Shown: positions 13,833 through 23,366 of the stretch, in pieces
How the letters are laid out: each line of letters opens with the position of its first letter
Numbering within the stretch: position 1 is the stretch's first letter
NCBI GenBank assembly: GCA_040437565.1
Contig: JBDOQK010000018.1
Coordinates: 496,001 to 522,577 of the forward strand
Source of the DNA: Albugo candida
Lineage: Eukaryota
Reading direction: 5' to 3'
Length of the DNA stretch: 26,577 nt
The notes under the pieces: generated by a model
The model's database searches: none
The model's input: the letters and a program-made list of their open reading frames with translations, nothing else
Told to the model about the DNA's origin: nothing
Translations under genes and position numbers: made by a program

Positions 13833-13886
13833 CTACATCAAGTGAGCAAGTTAGAACAAAAACTAGATTTGTGAATCTTTACTTAC
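13833..13886 (-). other. Intron 1 (54 bp) of the metallophosphoesterase gene
   Basis: GTAAGT donor, TTCTAAC branch site, TAG acceptor; splicing gives GDSHM-A-PNYWMDL in frame. Confidence 0.85.
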
Positions 13887-14635
13887 CCATGTGGCTATCC
13901 CCGGGGATATAGGGAATGAGTTTCGACTCTTTGTTTGAATAGGTCGCATAAAATATTTCTACAACACTTTTGGTTACCTTATTAAGGTATGAAAGTGGTC
14001 TTGGAACATAAATCTTCCTGTCCTTTATTGATTCATCTTCGCCTCTTGAATAACAGAATCACCGGTATATAGAAAGATATCTGGCTCTGGGACAGCTTGT
14101 TTTGCACATTGCAATGCAGGTTTGAGCAATTCAATCGAAGGATCCTTTCCATACATAATTTCAGGTTTGACATCAATATAGTCTCCTTGGTTCTCTACAG
14201 GTAGAGCAGCATGAAGATCGGTAAAGTGAACGATACGACCACTTCCTTCTGTGATTTGAAAATCGCAAGTGGATTGAGAAGATTGAACGCTCATTTGCTA
14301 TCGGTCGCGTTTTGATAATGTGACAAATTTACTTTTGTTTATGAATGGGTAGCTGGTTTGAAATAGTTGCATTTTGACACCCTATGTGCAACTTTTGAGC
14401 TGTAAAATTTGTTCTGCAATGTTCGGATGGGGTACAGTTAAAACTTATGTGATCTAGACTTTTGCAATGCATGAGCATTGCTTGATTGATTGTGTTGACA
14501 AAACGATGGCTTCAAGTAGGATTCGTTCTCGAAGGTTCGAAGTGTGTGGACCTTGAACGATGTAATGATAGCGATTCTGCGGCGTGAAAAAATAACGAAT
14601 CAAAGTATGATTTGAATAGTGAGCTCTCACATACT

Positions 14636-14752
14636 TAATTTAATTGCTATAATTCCTATGATTACTATAATTGCTATACTAACTATACTCAGTATAGTTA
14701 CTATAATGCGATGATACTAAAATACTATAATGCTATCATGTTATCTATATAA
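14636..14752. repeat. AT-rich low-complexity tract of degenerate (A/G)CTAT(A/G)AT units containing a perfect 10-bp inverted repeat
   Basis: Recurrent gctataat/cctatgat/actataat words; TAACTATACT-C-AGTATAGTTA at 14680-14700. Confidence 0.6.
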
Positions 14753-15091
14753 TCGTAAAACGGCGTCATCGAGTGCCTTATTCTCAGTGTAGGTAGAACT
14801 CGAGCAATTCACACTATTCGCACGAATACTATTGAGTGGTTTAGCCAGAGATATTGACCATAACATCCATCCGTTACATGCGCTCCAAGTTGCTAGAGCA
14901 GACCACAGTGATGCTTCTCGTAATCGATCATGTATGCGATGAGAGCCAAATAAAAATCGTTGTGATTAAACAAATCAATAGAGTATCTAGCTTTGCTGGA
15001 CCCACCCATGCACAATCAATACCACTATTGATCTACTAGCATATTTGAAAAGACTGAATCTTCGCTACTCATTGCAGCCAAGCCACATTAA

Positions 15092-15709
15092 GAATGGTTC
15101 AGTCTTGATGGCCTAAATGTACTATTGGCCCTGTTGAATGGAATCTTAGCAAACGTACTGCATCCTAAAAGTCTCTTTGGGACTGATGTAGAACCCAGAA
15201 AAACAAGGGCGGATGGAATTTTGTGATTTACACAGGAGAACACACTGAGTGTCGCATAACCATGCTGTTATTTCGTTGTATTCGTCTAGAGAAGCTTCTT
15301 AAGCTCAGAACGGCCTCTGCTTTGCGTCCTGATTGTAGAGCTTTCATAAANNNNNNNNNNNNNNNNNNNNNNNNNNNNNNNNNNNNNNNNNNNNNNNNNN
15401 NNNNNNNNNNNNNNNNNNNNNNNNNNNNNNNNNNNNNNNNNNNNNNNNNNGAATGGTTCAGTCTTGATGGCCTAAATGTACTATTGGCCCTGTTGAATGG
15501 AATCTTAGCAAACGTACTGCATCCTAAAAGTCTCTTTGGGACTGATGTAGAACCCAGAAAAACAAGGGCGGATGGAATTTTGTGATTTACACAGGAGAAC
15601 ACACTGAGTGTCGCATAACCATGCTGTTATTTCGTTGTATTCGTCTAGAGAAGCTTCTTAAGCTCAGAACGGCCTCTGCTTTGCGTCCTGATTGTAGAGC
15701 TTTCATAAA
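15092..15709. repeat. Gap-flanking duplication (artefact): 15092-15350 = 15451-15709
   Basis: 259-bp direct repeat around N gap 15351-15450. Confidence 0.93.
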
Positions 15710-15954
15710 CTAATTTGTCTAAAGTGCAACCTTTGTGAGCAGCATCCTTAGATGCTGCATGACAAGCCTCAGTTGAAGGTGTCTATATTACTAGAATTAG
15801 ACAAACTGACTTCTCTAGTTGCCTAGGCTATCTTAAGTAACATATATACATATANNNNNNNNNNNNNNNNNNNNNNNNNNNNNNNNNNNNNNNNNNNNNN
15901 NNNNNNNNNNNNNNNNNNNNNNNNNNNNNNNNNNNNNNNNNNNNNNNNNNNNNN

Positions 15955-16460
15955 GAACGTGGTCTTTGGCAACCTGGCTTATGTTTGGTTTGCCCAAGTG
16001 ATGTCAGATGCTCTGATACTTTTTCTTGCTGCGCTCGCACTGTGATGTCCCGACAGCCAGATTTTGTGGCCCAGCGTGGATTACTTGAGGAGGTGATTAC
16101 AGCAGCTGGGCATAAAATTATATTTTTTCCCGAATTTCATTGCGATTGAACTACATTGAGAACTTTTGGGGCGCCGCAAAGCAGTACACACGGAAGCACT
16201 GCAATTACTCCTGGGGTGGCTTTCAAGAAACTGTCCCCTCTGCCATGTCCTCAATCAGCTTGACAACAATTCGCCGATTTGCATGCAAGACACAGCGGTA
16301 CATGGATGTCAACCGTAAAATTTTCTGTGGGAAAGCTGCCGAATATGCAGTGAAGAAGTACCGTTCATACCGTCGCATTCCAGCCTCTGTTCTTATGAAC
16401 GTTAATGCACTTTTGAACTGCATTACAGATATACGCATAACCAACAAAGAAAATATGTAA
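15955..16460 (+). mobile_element. IS630/Tc1/mariner-like DDE transposase, C-terminal remnant with a frameshift
   Basis: ERGLW...CCARTVMSRQPDFVAQRGLLEEVITAAGHKIIFFPEFHC / LNYIENFWGAAKQYTRKHCNYS...IRRFACKTQRYMD...YAVKKYRSYRRIP matches the P.FHCELN.IE..W catalytic-E motif of fungal/oomycete Tc1-like transposases. There is a 1-nt deletion at about 16145; the 5' part lies in the gap. Confidence 0.85.
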
Positions 16461-16484
16461 GTCTGTATCAGATTTCTAACACAC

Positions 16485-16578
16485 TATCTATTTTTAAATG
16501 GTCCTTTCTAATTGGCTAAAACAATTATCTATTTTTAGGTGGTCCTTTTTAATTGGTTAAAAAAAGTACCTATTTTTT
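16485..16578 (+). repeat. Imperfect 41-bp tandem repeat (2 copies + partial), probably subterminal to the Tc1-like element
   Basis: TATCTATTTTTAAATGGTCCTTTCTAATTGGCTAAAA at 16485 vs TATCTATTTTTAGGTGGTCCTTTTTAATTGGTTAAAA at 16526; a third TACCTATTTTT at about 16567. Confidence 0.75.
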
Positions 16579-17163
16579 GATGTCCGGCCAACTTTCCATA
16601 GCTCCATACATAATCACGAAAATTTGCCGAACTTCAAAGGCTTCTAACTTCATCAAAAATAATTTTTGCAAAAATCCGACTTTATTGCCAGAAAGCCACG
16701 GCAATGTACTTTAAGATATAGAGAGATATTTTTGTTCAAGTGGGTAATTGGGTGTCCCAAAAAATTCTTGCGCACCGGGTGGAGGTGCTGGTTATAGGTG
16801 TCGTGCACTGTACCAATGATGCTACTATCTGCCGTATGTCAATATTGTTCACCGGGCTTACATCCGAGATAAATATTCAGCACGAGTGGGATCACTACAC
16901 AGATTGTGATAATAAAAGAAATGATGATACGGTTTCATGAGATATATAAATATAGCTTGTTGTAGAGGCTAGTCATAATGGCTGGATATAGAGGATGAGC
17001 TTCATTCAATCTTATAAAGAATCGTGTAGGAGATGTTCGAAACTGACCACTTTGTCTTTTTGTCAGCTCAGGAAATCGGTTTGAAAACTGCACGACTTGG
17101 AGAGACAAGATACACCAGCCCGACCAATCACCCCGCATTCATCAATTACCTTACCCTGCTACT

Positions 17164-17332
17164 TGTGAAAGTTTACTCATTGACGATGAATAAAAAATCA
17201 TATATTCTTCCAAATAGCTCTTAAGAGTCCGATCAATGTCTTCAGACTGTGAAAGTTTACTCAGTGACGATTTATACAGAATTCATATGTTCTTCCAAAA
17301 AGCTCTTAGAAGTCCGATCAATGTCTTCAGAC
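17164..17332 (+). repeat. Diverged tandem duplication, 2 x about 84-85 bp
   Basis: TGTGAAAGTTTACTCA...AGTCCGATCAATGTCTTCAGAC at 17164-17247 and 17248-17332, with several substitutions and no gap nearby. Confidence 0.9.
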
Positions 17333-18223
17333 AGATTAGGATCGTCATACGGCACATAGACTAAGCCGCGGATCGATCTAGTGTAATTAGATTGTAAAAA
17401 TCATAATTCTTTCACGATTGGTAAACATTTTGTTCCCAGTTGGAATATGACCGCTATCCGTGGACATGTTAGCCAAGTATTTCATGATCTTTCGTACTAT
17501 GATCTCCGCGACGATATTTGGAACTCGTATAATCTAGTGAATTGAATCCAACCGTACAGTGAGGAATACGTGCTGAAATGCCTGCATGCCTCGAAAGATT
17601 TGAGCTTTGATGAATGTGACGAACGATGGGATGATATCTTATATCTTCTTTCTCGATACATTTTACTTTACAGTGATGTACTACCATCAGTTAGTCCAGC
17701 AACAGGAAATCTTCAAGTGGAATGCTCGCTTCTGGTTCTGACTGGGATATATTTCTGCAATCTCTTGCGTAGGGTGACGCGTGTAATGCGATGAAAACCG
17801 ACTTGTGGCTATTTTTACATGCTGACAACAGTTTTGTTTCTCCTCTTGTTTAACGTATCATCCTAAGTTTGAAAAAGACGCTAAGGTTTGCGTACTCTCC
17901 ATTCTATCAATGACCGTCGTCTGGTAGCTAGACGATCAGTAAACGAATAGGTAGGTTGCACGAAATCCGTGGTGAATTAAAATTTGGATACATGGGCATT
18001 TCCAGCAATACTGTTTGCCAATTTCGACGTTCTTACTGATTCGATGTGTGCTTATGGAAGTCTGATGTTGACTTGTTTCATCGGGTTGTACCTACTTGTA
18101 CCTTTTACGCAGTTTCTCTTTATTTTACTGACTGCGCACTGCCAATGGAGACGAATTGATCCTGTCATTTTCGAGTTCTTTCTTTTCATCGTGAACATCA
18201 CAAGCATAGCTATAAGAAGATAG

Positions 18224-18358
18224 TGTTGTAGTTGTTGGTAACTTGCAGAGGGAAATTTCTTCGTAGGGGTGGTAAAAATGAAAAGTCTTATTAGCCTTAA
18301 AGCCTATACATGTACTTAGATCGATGTTCAACAGTACATAGGCGCTTCATCATCAACA
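18224..18358 (-). mobile_element. Copia 3' LTR (135 bp, TG...CA)
   Basis: The minus strand reads TGTTGATGAT...ACTACAACA. It is preceded by the purine tract GAGGGTGAG (18359-18367) just after the RNase H stop and followed by CTATC. About 84% identical by eye to 23216-23350. Confidence 0.9.
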
Positions 18359-18369
18359 CTCACCCTCGA

Positions 18370-18910
18370 CTAATAAGTTCCAATGCTTGACTTGGTCACG
18401 AGAAACTTGAACTTCTTTCTCGAAATCGCTTTAGTCAGGAAATCAGCTAATGGCAGCTGAATCTCAATGCACTCCAGGTGAACATTCTCGGCCTTAACAT
18501 GATCGTGTATAAAATGATATCGAATATCAATGTGTTTCGCACGATTCTGATGTCCTTCGTTCTTGGCAATTGTGATTGCACTTTGGTTGGCTTTATATAC
18601 ACTGCCCGGACCATCAATCTTGATCTTCATCTCCATTTATAGACGTTTTGCCCGCAGCAACTCTTGAACGCATAATGAAAGGACCACGTATTCGGCTTCC
18701 GCCGTACTTAGAGAGACGCTGTTGCATCTTTGACTTGAAAATTACTGGAAAATTGTTGATCATCACCATCACTCCTGACGTCGAACGTCGATTGTCCTTG
18801 TTACTTCCCCAATCGGCATCACTGAATGCACTCAGCATTAGCTCGCCAGACTTGCTCCCATAGCACATTCCATTTACTTTGTCAGGGATTTTATGACACT
18901 GGTTATCTGG
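18370..18910 (-). mobile_element. Ty1/Copia pol RNase H domain, frameshifted
   Basis: AFSDADWGSNKDNRRSTSG, VIFKSKMQ, NQSAITIAKN...RAKHIDIRYHFIHD, LADFLTKAI: hallmark Copia RNase H motifs in more than one frame. Confidence 0.93.
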
Positions 18911-18934
18911 TTCTTTAACTACCTTCCTTACACT

Positions 18935-19106
18935 ATCATGAGCCCCTGACCGTGTGAATATCACTTAAGTCTGACTTCAACCGAGAGGAGGCATATATTT
19001 TCCAAGCTTATTGCTTGGGTGGGCTCAAACGCTGCCCACACTGCCGGGGATCGAACTGACAAACTCCGGCAGGGGGTCCGTGCGCTCAAGTGCTTAACCG
19101 ACTGAT
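18935..19106 (-). mobile_element. Possible tRNA-derived SINE fragment
   Basis: The minus strand has A-box-like TCAGTCGGTTAAG (19105-19093) and B-box-like AGTTCGATCCCC (about 19057-19046), followed by non-tRNA sequence. There is no intact cloverleaf and the boundaries are uncertain. Confidence 0.35.
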
Positions 19107-19112
19107 AGGGTA

Positions 19113-19378
19113 CGGTCACTTCTCAATTTGTCGGCTACTACGTAACCCACCAATTTAGTACAAAACAACTCGAAAAACTACTTTTTCAACTCTTTCCTCT
19201 CGAAAACAATAGTCCAAGTCGACATATCGACACAACCAAGGGTGCTAGCGTCCACTTGTAGTGACGTCGCAGCCCTCATGAGTCACCCTGTTTTGGGCAA
19301 TTGCATGATTGTTGATGAGTCATCACCCCTGTGTGATGACGTGGAAAGTACCCCCACCCCCAGTGTGACGGTACAGGG
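19113..19378 (+). mobile_element. LINE ORF1-like fragment (homologous to 25271-25328 minus)
   Basis: GTCACTTCTCAATTTGTCGGCTACTACGTAACCCACCAATTTAGTACAAAACAACT aligns with the reverse complement of 25271-25328 (HFSICRLLRNPPI*YKTT vs HFSIHRLLRSPPISHKTT). Sequence beyond about 19170 is assigned only tentatively. Confidence 0.55.
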
Positions 19379-19478
19379 NNNNNNNNNNNNNNNNNNNNNN
19401 NNNNNNNNNNNNNNNNNNNNNNNNNNNNNNNNNNNNNNNNNNNNNNNNNNNNNNNNNNNNNNNNNNNNNNNNNNNNNN

Positions 19479-19740
19479 CCCTCCGGATAGTTCTTGTCGT
19501 CCCGTGCCGATCGAAAATGTTACAAAAAAATGTGGTACCGTGACATCGAACCCGAGGGAGATTATTGACGAATTCAGAGATCATTGGGGTGGTGTCATGG
19601 GCTCTCTTTATAGCTCAGAGACGACTCAAATGTTCCAAGTGAAAGAAAGCAAAAAAAGTTACTCGGTTCGATTCAAGTTTCCCTTGCCTCAGCAGAGCGA
19701 GACCGTCTCACAACTCCCGTACAGTCTTCATATGTGATCA
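19479..19740 (+). mobile_element. LINE ORF2 fragment (linker between endonuclease and RT)
   Basis: IENVTKKCGTVTSNPREIIDEFRDHWGGVMG resembles the 'I..l....G..t.dp..I...f..yw' L1-type linker; degenerate. Confidence 0.55.
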
Positions 19741-19789
19741 TTGAGCATGCCATTAGTAACGCGTTCTTCTTCTATACACAAGGTAGATT

Positions 19790-20195
19790 ATTGTAATGGT
19801 GCATGTAAAACAAATCTTTGAAATGCTAATTTAATCCATGGCGTGAAGAAGTTGAATTACCGCTTTTATATCTGTGGGTACCTGAAGGAGCTATATTGCC
19901 TTCAATACATTTTCACCTGCTCGTATATTAGATTCTAACTATNNNNNNNNNNNNNNNNNNNNNNNNNNNNNNNNNNNNNNNNNNNNNNNNNNNNNNNNNN
20001 NNNNNNNNNNNNNNNNNNNNNNNNNNNNNNNNNNNNNNNNNNATTGTAATGGTGCATGTAAAACAAATCTTTGAAATGCTAATTTAATCCATGGCGTGAA
20101 GAAGTTGAATTACCGCTTTTATATCTGTGGGTACCTGAAGGAGCTATATTGCCTTCAATACATTTTCACCTGCTCGTATATTAGATTCTAACTAT
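19790..20195. repeat. Gap-flanking duplication (artefact): 19790-19942 = 20043-20195
   Basis: 153-bp direct repeat around N gap 19943-20042. Confidence 0.92.
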
Positions 20196-20745
20196 TAAAG
20201 TTCACAGTGGGATAGGCGGACAAGCTTCCCACTCAAAAGGCACTTTGATAATCATACGATAGAGTCAAGAGACGCTCGACTTGTTTCGTGATTTCTACCT
20301 TACCCGATATCATTATATGTTTATTCCAAGAATATGTGCACTCCAATTTCAACTGACTCGATTCAGTCTTTACATATTCGTAAAAACTCTTCATATAGAA
20401 TCGAAAAGTTGCCGGCTTTAGTCTGTTAAGGCTAAACTTAAAACGCCATAATCACGGTGGCTTCTGCTACATTCGTTGGTTGCGGGTACTCTAAATAATT
20501 TTCGATGATATTAGGGATTAAATACGCCTTTAGCTATTGTGAACCATTGGAGGAAGCATACGGGCAGTACACTTGAATTCGCCAGATTTTAAATTGTCGA
20601 AACGCTAAATCCTAGACAAAGCCTTATATTCTTATTTATTGTAGAGAAGAATGAGTTTATTGACCATGTTGTACCAGAAAAAGTCTTCCGTTTAGGGCCC
20701 GAAAACCGTTTTCACTGCATTAACGATAGATGCATGCTCACCAAG

Positions 20746-21133
20746 CTTATTTGAGATGGTGCCTCCCATGATACGATATTTGCTAATGGGTTGATTGATT
20801 TCCATCACACGAGGTGCTAAGTGACGTATGGTACGTTTTCAATTTTGTTTTCCCATTTCATCTCTTTTCGCGCACTCGGTCCCGTTCTGNNNNNNNNNNN
20901 NNNNNNNNNNNNNNNNNNNNNNNNNNNNNNNNNNNNNNNNNNNNNNNNNNNNNNNNNNNNNNNNNNNNNNNNNNNNNNNNNNNNNNNNNCTTATTTGAGA
21001 TGGTGCCTCCCATGATACGATATTTGCTAATGGGTTGATTGATTTCCATCACACGAGGTGCTAAGTGACGTATGGTACGTTTTCAATTTTGTTTTCCCAT
21101 TTCATCTCTTTTCGCGCACTCGGTCCCGTTCTG
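20746..21133. repeat. Gap-flanking duplication (artefact): 20746-20889 = 20990-21133
   Basis: 144-bp direct repeat around N gap 20890-20989. Confidence 0.92.
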
Positions 21134-21830
21134 GACTTATATCAATCGCGTTGGCGTTGGTGTTGGCTTCATTTTTCACTCAGATGTGTTGCATATGAAA
21201 CATACATTATCCTGAAGGCGTTTGACGCAAACACTGCAGTTGATTATTTTAGCTGATTATTATGCTCATATATAGTCGCATTTATGAACTTGAACTCAGC
21301 CTCTACGATCAAAACACTTCCCATATATCGAGCTGCTGACATTACGGTTTTGATTACACTGATTGCTCAACATGCCCAGTTAGATGATTCAGGTATTGGC
21401 GCAGCCCATGGAAGGCATCAGCTAAGCAAGCTCTCAAAGAGTGAGAAGGAACTCTTGCGCTCTAATATAAATGAGATTAGTCTGAGCGATCTCTCATTTA
21501 TCAATTAGGAAATTGATAGGATAACGGGCTAACGTTTTTTCGAGAAGTTAGAGAGAAGTAAGGCATACACAACAAGCGTAGCGGAGAAGTAAGTGGCAAA
21601 ATCTCAACTCAGCCGACCGCTTTTCCCCCTCTAGCCCTTTCCGATTGCTTCACTTAACACAGATAGGCACGGACGACTCGATGATGTGAACAACAAAATG
21701 GTATAATTATTGACGAGTAGACACCTTGTCTCCTTTATATAGTGTCCATTTTGACTTGTTCACTTTATTCGCTCCCGTATAACTGATGACAAGAATTGCA
21801 GAGAAGCCAATTCAACTGGGAAAATTGTAA

Positions 21831-22358
21831 AGCATCGCTTCTCAATCGATTCTCCTTCATCCGACAAAAAAGAGCTGAACGCTTGACATACTCGCAAAAG
21901 ATAGAAAATGGCAACTGTAGCGGAAAATTGTGCCCTTGATACATGCTTACGAAGTCCTGGCATGCATTCCTAAGAAGCTCTGACATGTCTTCAATGATGT
22001 TTCACTGAAAGTAGTAGTAATCTAACCACAATACTGCGTGTGCANNNNNNNNNNNNNNNNNNNNNNNNNNNNNNNNNNNNNNNNNNNNNNNNNNNNNNNN
22101 NNNNNNNNNNNNNNNNNNNNNNNNNNNNNNNNNNNNNNNNNNNNAGCATCGCTTCTCAATCGATTCTCCTTCATCCGACAAAAAAGAGCTGAACGCTTGA
22201 CATACTCGCAAAAGATAGAAAATGGCAACTGTAGCGGAAAATTGTGCCCTTGATACATGCTTACGAAGTCCTGGCATGCATTCCTAAGAAGCTCTGACAT
22301 GTCTTCAATGATGTTTCACTGAAAGTAGTAGTAATCTAACCACAATACTGCGTGTGCA
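21831..22358. repeat. Gap-flanking duplication (artefact): 21831-22044 = 22145-22358
   Basis: 214-bp direct repeat around N gap 22045-22144. Confidence 0.92.
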
Positions 22359-23215
22359 ATTAGTAATATCCAGTATTGGTCATATCGGCCACGATTACTG
22401 CTTATTGAATTGCTTTTGTCGAACAGAAGAGATTCTCACCTACTTATGTATATATAGCATCAGTAGCGGATACATCATCGCTCCAGGGATGCGAATAGTT
22501 CAATCAGGCTGTTGGCACTCGCATCAACAAGCTAGCTTTCCTTTTCGACGTAAATATTTGTAATCAATATCGACGCTTTGGCATGGGGCCAATCATGATC
22601 ATTATACAGCGGTAAGCGAAGAAGCGTGAAGCTAGTATATGATGCTTCATAGCGGTCGTAAGCAAGTATGCGACCGCAAAACTTATTAAAGACTGTAGTA
22701 CGGTCGTAGATGCCTTGATAGTACATGGCGCCAAGACGGATTCACGATGTAGCAAAAATAAGTGGACGATAGATCATCTAAAACTTACCTGTGGAGGACG
22801 ACAGATCTTTGATCTTCAACTAACGAAAGAAACCCTTCAATACTTAGATTGAGAGCAAAACATCAACGCATTCGGCTGAATCATTTTTCTTTGACCACAC
22901 CCTAGGAGACATCTATGCTGTGACGAGAAACCTATGAACATCGTATATCCGAACGTATCATTATGACCTTGTCAAGAATTAGTTTGATGCATGCCGCCAA
23001 GACACTGGTCAAGTACGTCTACTTCTAGACGAAGATGACGAACATGGCACGTTTGGTGGCTACATCAACAATTGGTATGAGCTCCTAGATCCTCGTCTGG
23101 ACACCGTTAGAGCGTCGCATGTGATAATCATGAGATGCACTCTATTAAGAAAAGGATCTCAGAAGGGAACTACTCCAGCTATGCGATGCACCTATTTTCA
23201 ACACCGCTTGCTATC

Positions 23216-23350
23216 TGTTGATGATAAAGCTCCTGCGTACACTTGAAATATCGACTAAGCACATGTCTAGGCTTTAAGGCGAATAATACTTTTCATTATT
23301 ATCACCCCTACAAAGAATTCTCCCTCTACAAGATACTAACAATTACAACA
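23216..23350 (+). mobile_element. Copia 5' LTR (135 bp, TG...CA)
   Basis: TGTTGATGAT...ATTACAACA, preceded by CTATC (23211-23215) and followed directly by the PBS. Confidence 0.9.
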
Positions 23351-23362
23351 GGCTATGAGCCC
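23351..23362 (+). other. Primer-binding site GGCTATGAGCCC (copia-type, internal initiator tRNA-Met fragment)
   Basis: Abuts the LTR and matches the GGTTATG(A/G)GCCC PBS known from Drosophila copia-like elements. Confidence 0.8.
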
Positions 23363-23366
23363 AAAT

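Larger units (their letters stand above)
12602..14294 (-). pseudogene. Acid sphingomyelinase-like (SMPDL3-type) calcineurin-like metallophosphoesterase with C-terminal TM helix; two frameshifts
   Basis: Motifs in order: GRIVHFTDLH, PDIFLYTGDSVI(H), PGDSH (GNH position), ITLNT, DPLGQFKWL, ICGHVPP, AQMFGHTH, SMSPVYGSNPSF, a Cys-rich tail and hydrophobic LLTCAIASLTVLLLAIIILVLY. Introns at 13833-13886 and 13128-13185. A 1-nt deletion at about 14047 and a 1-nt insertion in the A9 run at 13574-13582 break the frame. Confidence 0.85.

Noticed and set aside
15739..15758. Perfect 8-bp hairpin GCAGCATC-CTTA-GATGCTGC
   Set aside because: Short enough to arise by chance in 26 kb, with no supporting context.
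17164..17332. CRISPR-like array
   Set aside because: Only two contiguous units, the middles are homologous rather than unique spacers, the context is eukaryotic and there are no cas genes.
19040..19110. Functional tRNA gene
   Set aside because: No acceptor stem or anticodon arm can be folded and the T-stem is mismatched; kept only as a SINE-like candidate.
21284..22300. Short ORFs (67-92 aa) as genes
   Set aside because: No recognisable domains, and several are inflated or duplicated by N gaps.
22652..22677. Hairpin GCGGTCGTA...TGCGACCGC as a Helitron 3' end (CTAG 16 nt downstream on minus)
   Set aside because: The CTAG is followed by C rather than the T target, and no Rep/helicase or 5' TC end is identifiable.
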